A DNA stretch of 59,990 nt, the filler included, from Basidiobolus ranarum (Eukaryota): the NCBI GenBank assembly GCA_040143965.1. It is 9 parts of 9 records of this genome, joined end to end, with 100 filler letters (N's around TTAATTAATTAA, not from the genome) between each part and the next. Parts side by side here need not be neighbours in the genome. Positions count along the whole stretch, not along the records: positions 40,122 to 46,687 come from JASJQH010001295.1; positions 46,788 to 53,340 come from JASJQH010001296.1; 7 more parts are not named here. One strand, given 5' to 3'. Made by a program: the position numbers and the translations under genes. Position 1 is the stretch's first letter, and each line of letters starts with the position of its first letter. The notes below the pieces were generated by a model. That model saw only the letters and a program-made list of their open reading frames with translations, was not told the DNA's origin and searched no databases. This document shows positions 40,122 to 51,057 of the stretch, one piece after another.

Positions 40122-42831
40122 GCCATGGTAAGTTGATTCTTTGAATTCTAAGCAATAGCTCTATTGCAGCCAAGAAATAAATATCCTGTTGAAGATCTCC
40201 TGGCTTCAATTTTTCTTCCCCTATTTTATCTGAATATCCCATTGGATCAAAGTTTGATCAAAAATATGTATATTTAAAGCACAGATCCACACAACCTTTC
40301 AAATATCTGAAAATCCACTTAACTGCTACAGTACAATCCAATCTGTGATTTTGAAGATATTGGCACCTAACTCCTACAGAATATGCAATATCTGGCTGTG
40401 TTCCAACCAAAATATATTCTACACTACCAACTATAGATTGATAAGGAAATTTCTGGCTTCCATTTGAATCCAAGAACATTGGATATGAGCTACATTTAGT
40501 CAAGTTAAGAGCTACCTCCATTGGGATATACATTGTATCACATTCTTTCATTTTAAATTTTTCAAGTATATCTAGGATATACTTAAACTGGTTCAAAGTT
40601 ATTGTTTTGGTATTTCTATATGTCTCAATTTGAATTCCAAGATAGTACATCTGTTTGCCAATATCAGTTATTTGGAATTCAACAGATAAGCTGGATTTGG
40701 TTTTCTCCAAAGTCTGCAAGTCATTGATTACTGTAATAAGGTCATCTACATATAAGTCTATTAAAACTTAGCTTGTCTTATCTGGCCTTGAGTATATACT
40801 ATAATTAGTATCACTCTTTCGGAATTTGAGTGTTTCCAAAAAAGCATCTATCTTGCTATTCCAAGCTCTTGCAGATTGTTTTAACCCTTAGAGCATTTTC
40901 CAGAGTCCGCAAGCTTTTTCAGGGCTTGCTGGGTCCACAAATCTATCTAGCCAGCTCATATAGATCTCCTCAGCAAGCTCATCACTCCAAAAGCAGCTTT
41001 AGCATCTATTTGATATATAATAATATGATATTTAGCTGAAATTGCTAAAATCAATTTAAATGAATTAAACTTAGCTATAGGAGTAAGAGTTTTTGTATTG
41101 TCAACTCCTATTATTTGCAAATAGCTTGTTGCTACTAGTCCAGTCTTGTAGCTCTCTATACTGCCATCAGTGTTGCATTTAACTTTAAACATCCATTGGC
41201 AGCCAATTAATTTTTTATCATTTGGTGAGTTGATTCAAATCCAAGTATGATGATCAATCCAAGCCTGGTGCTCATCAGCCATTCCAGATCTCAAAGATTT
41301 CATATGAGGGACATTTGTGGTCTCTTTTACAATCTGTGGTCATGTATTGGAGCTGTGCAGGCATGGGACCAATTTTCAGACTCAGTGATATCATCATCAG
41401 AGCTATATCTGATCCAATTTGTTCTCCTGATTTGGGATAAAGGAACTACAAACTCAAGCATTGTATTGGGCACTTCAATAAGCAGAATTTAGGGTGAATG
41501 GTCCACAGGAATGCCATTTTCTGCACTATTCTGGTTTGAACTATTTTGAATGATTGGTTTAGGAGATAGTAGAATTTTATCATTTTCTGAGGTCATTTTG
41601 GGTGAATATTTTTCCCTTTCATCAAACAATACATCCCTGAACATGGTTGACTTTGTAATATTGGTATCAGAGAGTCTGTAGACCTTATCTTGAGGAAAAT
41701 AACCCATAAATATTCATTTTGTATTCTTTGATAGGTATTCAGATCAATTGTTGATAATATTTTTGATGTAAGCAATGAATCAAAAGATCCTCAAATGTTT
41801 TACTTTAGATTTAACTCCAAACCATGCTTGATATGGTGTAGAGCTAGCCAGACTTCTACCAAACCTGCTATGATTAGATATATAGCTGTAGCAACAGGTT
41901 CTACTCAAAAAGTATGATATATATTTTGTGCATTTATCATATATCTAGCCATTTGTGTTATAGTCATGTTGGATTGTTCAGCAACTCCATTTTGTTGATG
42001 TGAATAAAAGCCAGTAGCACTTGATTAATTTCATGAACTTTGCAAAAGTTATTGAATAGTGTTGTAGTATATTCTCCTCTATTATCAATACATATTTACT
42101 TGATTCTAGTTCCAGTTTCAGTCTCCACAAGTGTTTTGAAATCTCAAAAGATATAGAGAGCTTCTTCTTTTCTTTCCATCAAGTGGATCTAAGTGCATCT
42201 TGTATAATCATCAACAAATGCAATTAAATATCTTTTTTCCAATAAAAATAAATCTTGCATAGGTCTTTACAAATCTGAGTGAATTAGATCTAACTTTTGG
42301 ACAGATTTGTTTAAACCAGAGCTCTTGAATGGTTGCCTGACTTCTTTTCCAAATATATAACCCCCACAAATTTCCATTTTGATTGGGGGGGTTAATTTAA
42401 ATTGTAGAAATTAGGCAATTTTTGATCATTTGGCTCCAACAACCAACCTAATATGGTCACATTCCATATGCCATAAATATTAGTTTCTTGATTGTAATAA
42501 ATTATGTTTACACATAAGCCTCATGGATTCCATGTAAGTTAGTAGAAGTTCTAATCCTTTTCTTCAAACACAAAACACCCCCTATTTTGATCAATGATGG
42601 TGCATCCTGGCTTATGAAAGTTAATTTATAGCCCTTCTGAGATGGCCTTGCATAGAGATATTGAATTCTTGGCAATATCTGGAACATGTAGTAAATCCTT
42701 CTAAGTATACACTTTCTCTTCAGTAGCACCAGTTGAAATAACTTTAATTGTTGCTATTCCAATGGCATCCAATGTGTGATCTCCAATGAAAACCTTTCTA
42801 ATTGGGATTTCTTCATAATCCACAAACCAAT
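40122..42831 (-). mobile_element. Decayed copia family A pol (protease-integrase-RT-RNase H start)
   Basis: LIHSDL, QQNGVAEQSN, FMGYFPQDKVYRL, FKVKCNTDGSIESYK and YVDDL in copia domain order. Confidence 0.9.
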
Positions 42832-43477
42832 CCCTGACAGAAATTTGAGGATTGTTTTTGTAAGAAAACCATCACAATTTTAATCTATTTTGGATTGACC
42901 ATTTACCAACCATCATAAAACCATCTAGTTAGATTTGTTTTGCTCAATTTTTCAGTTTCAGGATTGTAATTTCAAGATCTTACCAAGTAGTTGCATATGA
43001 TTGGCTACAATTTCAGAAAACTATGGATCAACACATGTGCAAACAATATAACTCAAATTTTAAACATTACCACTTGAATGCTAATTTGTTACCTTTGAAA
43101 TCCCTGCTTACTTCAATATATTCTCCTGAGTTTTTTTACAGAGTTCTTCAAACCCAAAGTTTTGGCTCATATCCAATATGTGTTTGTATCAATATCTCCA
43201 TCAAAGCCCATCATTGTATTAACATTGCTAAATCAACATTCTTCCAGCTATCTGGTGGATACCCTGCAATATTGTGCCATCCTGTATTAAGTTCTTCCCC
43301 GATATCTGCACAGTCAATACTAGACTGAATTTCAAGTTGAATGTTCTTCTTCTGAAGCAGCTTTTTTCATACTTGCACTTTATTTTGCTCTTCATAATTT
43401 TAAAAATCCTCCAATTTATTTTTGCATTGTTTGAGCATAATAAGAAAAACACTTTTGCTATTTTTATACATCCTGAT
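42832..43477. repeat. Unclassified element end (CCCTGACAGAAATTTGAGG...) abutting truncated copia
   Basis: Homologous to 26354-26668. It breaks the copia sequence exactly at AACCAAT|CCC. Confidence 0.7.
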
Positions 43478-43915
43478 TGTTGAGTTTCTAGGAGTCTGTT
43501 GGAAGTGGTTTGGAGATTAGAAAAAAATGGTGGTTTGCACTTATTGATTTATTGAGTAGAAAGTTGACATGTGTAATTTTATCAAGATGTAAGCAAACAA
43601 AGGTGTAGAATATGCTAAGGAAGGTACCAGGAGCATGTGCACAAAGTTTGCGGCCTCTAGCACAAGACTAAAAAATCTATATATCTCAGAACTTCTAAGT
43701 TTATAAAAATATTCTAAATATTTTTCAATTGAGAATAATGAATAATTTCTTGGTGAAATATAAGATAACTCAATACTAAGCTATATATGATGATATAGAT
43801 ATTAAGGCAATGCTAATTTCAACACTCTCCATCAACTGAATGGTAACATAAACTAATTGTAAGGAAAGTCTAAATTTCTCAAATTTCTGTCCAGCTAATG
43901 GTTTGGTTAATATAT
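43478..43915 (-). mobile_element. Copia family A 3' LTR (43478-43824) with PPT and RNase H end
   Basis: On the minus strand GATGGAGAG|TGTTGAAATTAGC. The upstream sequence matches the RNase H end at 36870-36950. Confidence 0.85.
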
Positions 43916-46687
43916 TTGAAATTGGCATTGTAAACTTGTGCTAGAAGCCCCACACTTTGCACACATGCCCCTGGGACCTTCCTTAACACATTCTGCACTT
44001 TAGTTTGTTTACAGCTTGACAAAACTATCAATGTCAACTTCCTCCTCAATAAATCAAAAAGTGAAAACCACCAATTTCTCTAATTCACCAAACCACTTCC
44101 AACAGGCTCCCAAGTACTTTAACAGGTTGTGGGCCCCAAGCTTGTACTCTCTGTATTGTCTACTTCTCTGATTTGTGAAACTTTTCCCACTTCTGATAAA
44201 TTGGATGGAACCAATTATCAAGTTTGGAAAATCAAAATGAAAATGCTGCTGCAAGAAAAAGAACTTTGGGACACTGTTGTAAGAGAAGAAAACAATGGAA
44301 AACTATCCAAAACCAAAGCTTTACTGCAGGTTAAAAAAGAACAAAGTGCCTTCATACAGTTTGTCTTAATGTTGAAGACAAATTTCTAATTCAATGTTCA
44401 CAAGCAAAGACTGCCAAGAAGGTATGGAAAGCCTTGGAAGACACCTACCAAATAAGTCCTGCTGCCAGCAAGATGTTTCTCAGAAGACAATTCTTTAATT
44501 TAAAGATGAAACCAGGAGAAGACATTAGATTGCTAATTATTAGAGTCACTAATTTAGTGGATGAAATGGAATGCATTGGAGTACCTGCTACTGATCATGA
44601 TATCATAGTTACAGTCTTCAATAGCCTGCCACACAAGTTTCTAAGCCTAGTAATGCCACTAGGAACAAGAACTGATAGTTTGACCTTAGATTATGTATTT
44701 GGCAGACTTTGGGATGAAGATTTATTCAAATTAGGATCCAACCAAATAAGGAGGAGTATACTTTAATAGGCTATCGGAAACCTTCCAATAAAGGTCAAAA
44801 TCAAGTTAAGTAGAAAAGTAATACATTCTGTGATTGCTGTAAAAGAACTGGCTATTTAAGCAAAGATTGCTATACAAGATTTGCAAAAGAAGAAAACATA
44901 CTGAATCTGGAAATGCAGCTTCAACAAAAAAACACTGGATCATATTTGCTCTTTCTATGATTACCAACTAGGATACTTGGATGTGATATATTGATTCTGG
45001 AGCCTCCAAACATTCCACAAATGAAAAACATTGGTTTGTGGATTATGAAGAAATCCCAATGAGACAGGTTCTCATGAGGAATGAGCAATGGGAGATGACT
45101 GCACATTGGATGCTATTGGAATGGGAACAATTCAAGTTAAAATAACTGGAGCTTTTGAAAAGAAAGTGTATACTTTCAAGGATGTACTACATGTTCCAGA
45201 AATTGCCAATAACTTAATATCTCTATGCAAGGCCATCTCAGAAAGGCTAAAATTCAATTTTGATAAGTCAGGATGCATCATCATTGATCAAAATGGGAAC
45301 TATTTATCTTTGGGACAAAAGGATCAAAGCTTATAAAAACATACATATAATCCAAGAGGTTATGAGCAAATATAAGTTATTTCAATCAAGAAACTATTCA
45401 TTTGTGGCATAAGAGATTTGGCCATATTGGATTTGATTATTTGAGCAAAATCATCAAAAATTACCTAATTTCAGGAATTCAAATTAACCTCTCAACTGCA
45501 ATAGAAATATGTGAGGGTTATATATATGAAAAACAAGCCAGGAAACTGTTCAAGAGCTATGGTCTAATCAAATCTGTCAAAAAAATAGATCTAATTCATT
45601 CAGATTTGTGTGGACCTATGAATAATTTTTTTTGGGTGGAAAACTATATTTCATCACATTTATTGATGATTATACAAGTTACACTTGGGTCTACTCTAAG
45701 GAAAGAAAAGAACAAGCACTCTCTATCTTTAGAGATTTAAATAGAAAATCAATTGGCTGCTAATGAGTGTTAGAAGTTAAATTCGACTCTGATGGCTGAT
45801 CACAAAGGTACAAGGATAGACTAGTAGCCAAAGGCTATTTCTAAACACCAGAAGTAACTTATACAAAAGCTTTTGCACCTGTAGCAAAGTTTTTTCCATC
45901 AAATTGATATTAGTAATTTGAGCTAAATATCAATTCATTACACATCAATAGATGTTAAAGCTGCTTTTTTAAGTAGTGAGCTTGCCAAGGAGATCTATAT
46001 GGACCAGCCAGATGGATATTTGGACCCAGAAAACCCTAAAACAGTTTGCAGACTCTGTGAAACACTTTAAGGGTTAAAACAATCTTCAAGAGTTTGAAAT
46101 AGCAAGATATATGCTTTTTTGAAAACAATCAAATTCCAAAAGAGTGATACTAACTATAGTATCTACTTCATGCCAGATAAGACAAACCTGGTTTTATTAG
46201 CCTTATATGTGGATGACCTCATTGTAGCAACCAATGACTTGAAGACTTTGGAGAAAACCAAATCCGGCTTATTTGCCAGATTCAAAATGACTGATCTTGG
46301 TGAACTGAAGTACTATCTTGAATTCCAAATTAAGATCAATAGAACTACCAAAACAATAACTTTAAGCCAGTCCAAGTGTATCCTAGATGTACTAAAGAAG
46401 TTTAAAATGGAAGAATGTAATCTAGTATCTACTCAAATGGAGACAAACCTCAACTTGACCAAAAATAGCTTAAATTATAGGCTCTTGGATTCAAATGAAA
46501 GCCAGATATTTCTGTATCAATTTATGGTTGCTAGTTTGATTTACATCATGGCTGGAACATGGTTAGAATATTACATATTCTGTTGGAGTTTTGTACCAAT
46601 TCTTCAAAATTATGGATCTGATCAAATCTTAGCAGTTAAGCAGATTTTCAGATATTTGAAAGGTCCTGCAGATCTGTTGTTGAAATA
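43916..46687 (+). mobile_element. Copia family A: deleted 5' LTR (to 44124), PBS GGTTGTGGGCCC (44125-44136), decayed gag-pol with internal deletion
   Basis: Gag KLDGTNYQVWKIKM, Zn knuckle C..C...G, protease IDSGAS, GAG-pre WHKRFGH, integrase IHSDLCGP and RT LYVDDLIV. Confidence 0.92.
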
Positions 46688-46787
46688 NNNNNNNNNNNNN
46701 NNNNNNNNNNNNNNNNNNNNNNNNNNNNNNNTTAATTAATTAANNNNNNNNNNNNNNNNNNNNNNNNNNNNNNNNNNNNNNNNNNNN

Positions 46788-46957
46788 ATTTATCATAGAT
46801 CTTGCCATTTCTATTATAGTCCTGTTAGCTCTTTCAGCAACTCCATTTTGTTGAGATGAATAGGGGGCAGTAGTTTATTGCTTAATTCCTTGAACTTTGC
46901 AAAAGTGCTTAAATAGTGTTGAAGTATATTCTCCACCATTATCAGTACGTATTTTCT
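46788..46957 (-). mobile_element. Copia integrase fragment
   Basis: Reads KKIRTDNGGEYTS..FKHFC..QGI...TAPYSSQQNGVAERANRTIIEMARSMI. Confidence 0.9.
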
Positions 46958-47138
46958 TCCTCCTCCTCCTTTCTTCTTCTTGTTTCTTCCTCCATTTTTT
47001 TTTTATCATCATATATATATTATTATTACGCAATTATCCATTACACCAATCCTCTCGCTATTTATCCTTCTTTATAACCCTTTTCCCAATTTCTTTCCCC
47101 AAACCATTTCATTTTTCATTCCCTTTTCTTTTTTTCCT

Positions 47139-49715
47139 CTACAACCATACGCTTTCGCACAGTATTTTTAGCTTTATATCATGTTCGTTGGACACTGACC
47201 ATAGAAAATCATTCCCTCTTGGAATTTCTGGATAATCTGTTTGAATATGTTGCCTTTTTATTATGTATTTATCCTTTATATAATTTTTTTTGTATATTTC
47301 ATACAAATTTTTATAATCTCTTCTAACAACATATGTACATACGGATCCTTTTTTCATATCGCTGTTTATTATTAAATCTTTTTTATTTGCCAGCTCTTCT
47401 ATTCTTTCGTCTTTTCCCCCAAACGTTTTACATAAAATATAACCAGAACATAAAATTTGTACAAATGTACTTTTTCTAAAAACATCATCTCCTATGTACA
47501 TATTTTTTATGTCATGACATTTTAGCGATTTATATATAGTTTCATACGTAACTCCCGCACAATTTACTAAAATATTTGACAATTCTTGTACGTACTCATA
47601 TTCTTTTCTTTTTGTACATATTTCTAATGCCAACAATCCTATATTTGTCATATATGCCTGGTCAAATTTTTCGTAATTTTTATGTCGGATATCTCCTCCC
47701 AACCACGTAATTAATGTTTGCATTGCTGCTTTATATTTTTCATCTAAAATATTATATACAAATGTAGACCTACAATTTATTTGTTTTATATATAATATCC
47801 ATTCTGCTCTTTTTTTTCTTGCACTTGGGTAATACAACTCTAAAAATAATGCTAAAAAACATCTAATTTCATTTGACATAGAACCATTTTTATATGTATT
47901 ATATACTATATCACACATTTTTTGCGATTCGCTGAATTCAACTATCATTTGAATTCTTTTTATAAAATCATTTGTAAACACCGACGATTTTATGTGATTC
48001 TGAAAAGTTTCCGTGAATTTTTGACGATCCCCATTTTTTATACATCTTTGACATACATAAAATAATTTTACTTCTTCATCAAATGGATTATCTTGTAAAT
48101 CCTTTTCTTCCGTAATATACATCATATATTTATCATAAATATTTCGCCTCGTTGTTAAAAGTTCTGATAATTGGTTTATTAATTCATCTTTACGAATTGT
48201 TTTCTTTTCGTTGTATCCATACTCGCAATATTCTAAATTTAAATCTTTAGAATAAAGTTCGGCTTCATCTATATTTAAATTGTTAATAAATAATTCAAAT
48301 ATAAATAATTCTGGGTTTGTTATATATCCATATTCTTCTTCTAGTTTCAACAACCATTCCCCAAGACCATTTATATTATTTTTCCATATATACCATGTGG
48401 ATATTTTCTGTACGAAATCATCTTTTTCTTCGGAATTTAAAAATATTTCTTCCAATTGGTCAACATCATCTTCATATTTCAAAAAATAGATTATATCCAA
48501 TGCCTCTCTTGATTTTTCATATCCTTTCTCCAACGATTTTATAAACATATTTTCGGCGTCATCATAATTTTCTTCTATGATATATTTTTTCCCCATATAA
48601 TATTCATATGACCCATTACTACTAATTTTGAATTTGGATATAAAATTTTCATAAATTGTCTTTTTAACGATGTCTGCACTAGATCCAATTAATTTGTGTC
48701 TAATTAAGGCATCAAATGCATCTTTATGTCCCTGAGAAGCTGCTCGTTCAAACCAATCCATTCCCATTTTGTAATCATCGAATATTTTTGTTTTTCCCAT
48801 TCTGTACTGACATTCCATATTTCCGTCTGTTGCTGGTATTAAAATGTATTCGTGAATTAAATATAAATTTTCCGAATACGATATCACGTCAAAATTTCTA
48901 ATTTGTTCATCAGCAAAATTGGTGCTTTCCAAAAATTTAATTAATTTATTAATACTAGGGCGCATTTCTGCTTTGGGATTTATGCATAATTTAATAATAT
49001 CACAAAAAAATGTTGGGACATAAATTGGATAAGTTAATTTATATTGCTCTGATGTTATATACTCTCTGATATGAACATTTGAATCTGTTTCGTAAAATGG
49101 TGCAAATCCATTTGTTACCAATTCATATAACAGCATTCCGAGGCTATAAATATCAGATTCTTCTGTTGGTTTATTTAACGGGTTTTTTATTCTTTCTGGT
49201 GACGTCCAACGAAGTGTGTTGCCATATACCATTTTATCTGTCGAATCTAAAGATACACTAAGACCAAGATCGGATATCTTAGGTATCATTTGATCTGTTA
49301 TAAGAATATTTTCGGCTTTTATATCTGAATGGACTAATTTTTTGTTGTGCAAAATCTCTACACCTTTGCATATATTTTTTGCAATAATTCTTTTTCCTTC
49401 CCATCCAATAATATTTCCTTTTGTATTTATAAAATCTAATAAATCTCCCCCTGAAATATATTCCATAACTATATTAATTTCGTTTGCATCTTTGTAAACC
49501 CCATACATGTTTACAATATAACCCTGATTCCAAAATTCCATAAGATTTTTTATTTCTTTTTCAACTAATATAGACATATTAGTGGTTGATTCCCTTTTTA
49601 TCTGTTTAATTGCAACGTTTCTCCCATCCATTGTTCCTTTCCATACGATTCCAAATCCTCCCGATTTAATAATATATTCTTTAACGATACTATTTGAATT
49701 AATTTTTGTATTCAT
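47139..49715 (-). CDS. TKL-type protein kinase (non-RD) with Sel1-like repeats and a long helical C-terminus, 858 aa
   Basis: SGGFGIVWKG, VAIK, alphaC EKE, HSDIKAEN, DLG, RWTSPE and SDIYSLG motifs. Sel1-like segments CQYRMG...WFERAASQGH and YYMGKKY...FIKSLEKGY. Confidence 0.9.
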   Translation of the reverse strand: MNTKINSNSIVKEYIIKSGGFGIVWKGTMDGRNVAIKQIKRESTTNMSILVEKEIKNLMEFWNQGYIVNMYGVYKDANEINIVMEYISGGDLLDFINTKGNIIGWEGKRIIAKNICKGVEILHNKKLVHSDIKAENILITDQMIPKISDLGLSVSLDSTDKMVYGNTLRWTSPERIKNPLNKPTEESDIYSLGMLLYELVTNGFAPFYETDSNVHIREYITSEQYKLTYPIYVPTFFCDIIKLCINPKAEMRPSINKLIKFLESTNFADEQIRNFDVISYSENLYLIHEYILIPATDGNMECQYRMGKTKIFDDYKMGMDWFERAASQGHKDAFDALIRHKLIGSSADIVKKTIYENFISKFKISSNGSYEYYMGKKYIIEENYDDAENMFIKSLEKGYEKSREALDIIYFLKYEDDVDQLEEIFLNSEEKDDFVQKISTWYIWKNNINGLGEWLLKLEEEYGYITNPELFIFELFINNLNIDEAELYSKDLNLEYCEYGYNEKKTIRKDELINQLSELLTTRRNIYDKYMMYITEEKDLQDNPFDEEVKLFYVCQRCIKNGDRQKFTETFQNHIKSSVFTNDFIKRIQMIVEFSESQKMCDIVYNTYKNGSMSNEIRCFLALFLELYYPSARKKRAEWILYIKQINCRSTFVYNILDEKYKAAMQTLITWLGGDIRHKNYEKFDQAYMTNIGLLALEICTKRKEYEYVQELSNILVNCAGVTYETIYKSLKCHDIKNMYIGDDVFRKSTFVQILCSGYILCKTFGGKDERIEELANKKDLIINSDMKKGSVCTYVVRRDYKNLYEIYKKNYIKDKYIIKRQHIQTDYPEIPRGNDFLWSVSNEHDIKLKILCESVWL

Positions 49716-49743
49716 GTTGTTATATTAACTTAACGGTATTATT

Positions 49744-51057
49744 ATGGATATTGCACAAAAAATTTTCGATATTGCTTTACAAATTCGTGATGCTTATTCC
49801 AAAATGGAAGATGTACGCAAAGAATGTAAATTATTTGTGGAAAATGTAAATCATATAGACTTTGTTATTGGGCGAATAAAAGATGATGCAAATTTGCGTA
49901 ATTATACAACAGAAGAGTTGTATACAGTTGAATCGGAAATGGGAAGAGGACTTACTGCAATTACAACATACATGGGTTATTCTAAAGCGATACAAGTACT
50001 AAAAGCAAATGCATTAGAAAAGACATTAGCGGATATTAACAGAAACGTAGAAAGGGGTTTACTGTTAATACATATGCATGCTACCGCGTCAATAGTTCCA
50101 AGCATCAAGTCTTTTATGGAAGAATGTCAACGCAATATGCAATTATATATTTACAAAAGTAAAAAACTTGCCATTGGAGCTATTCAGAATAAAAAAGGGA
50201 AGCATGTTCAAGTACAACTTAACGCAACCAATTTTACGTTTAAAAAATCTTTGAAAAATCCAGAAACAGGAGAAGAAATAGCACAGGAGGGATTGTTTAT
50301 GGAATACGAAGAAGTTAGGGTAATCGAAGTAAAAGGAATTTCCGGCAATCAATCATCTTCGGCACTAACAGAAGAAGAGATATTTTATAAAGAGTTGGCC
50401 ATTAATAATATACTCAGAAGTCCTAGAACATTGGCATATTATGGTGCATTTTGTGAAAACAATAAAACATTTATGGTTGTTGAAAAATTTGGAAATAAAA
50501 CGCTATCCGATTTATTAACAGATGGTTCTTGTAATGTAGATGGTAAAATCAAATATCAAATTGCACTAGATATATGTAAAGGAATACATTATCTACACAA
50601 AATAGATATTATTCACAGATATTTGTCTAGTCACGTTATTTTAGTTGGTGAAAATTACCGCATAAAAATTTCAGATTTCCATAGGAGCAAATTTTCGGAC
50701 AAAACTAGTAGTATGGGAAGACCAATATCAAATTTAGAAACGGAAAGGTGGGAACCACCAGAATATTTTGATTTACAAAAGGAAAATAAAAAAGGGGGAG
50801 ATATATATTCACTCGGACTTATATTAAGAGAACTGGCTACGGGTTTAAAACCATTTGATACAGTAAGCGATGATGAAAATATAATTAAAATAATATCAGA
50901 AAGCGATGATATACTAAAATTAAATCCTATTCCAGATAGTATTAATAAAGATATTACAAATCTGATTGTCAAATGTTTATCTATAAATCCCGATGACAGA
51001 CCGTTTTCAGGTAGGGTTATACAAATATTAGAAAATATGGATATAAAAGAGTTTTAA
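49744..51057 (+). CDS. MLKL-like protein: N-terminal four-helix-bundle-like domain, brace and pseudokinase, 437 aa
   Basis: Amphipathic N-terminus MDIAQKIFDIALQIRDAYSKMEDVRKECKLFVENV. The kinase fold lacks the Gly loop and beta3 Lys (VRVIEV), and has HRD->HRY (aa 291-293) and DFG->DFH (aa 311-313). Confidence 0.8.
   Translation: MDIAQKIFDIALQIRDAYSKMEDVRKECKLFVENVNHIDFVIGRIKDDANLRNYTTEELYTVESEMGRGLTAITTYMGYSKAIQVLKANALEKTLADINRNVERGLLLIHMHATASIVPSIKSFMEECQRNMQLYIYKSKKLAIGAIQNKKGKHVQVQLNATNFTFKKSLKNPETGEEIAQEGLFMEYEEVRVIEVKGISGNQSSSALTEEEIFYKELAINNILRSPRTLAYYGAFCENNKTFMVVEKFGNKTLSDLLTDGSCNVDGKIKYQIALDICKGIHYLHKIDIIHRYLSSHVILVGENYRIKISDFHRSKFSDKTSSMGRPISNLETERWEPPEYFDLQKENKKGGDIYSLGLILRELATGLKPFDTVSDDENIIKIISESDDILKLNPIPDSINKDITNLIVKCLSINPDDRPFSGRVIQILENMDIKEF

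Noticed and set aside
46897-50972. Small antisense ORFs overlapping the kinase and MLKL-like genes
   Set aside because: Shadow frames of AT-rich coding sequence with no independent signal.
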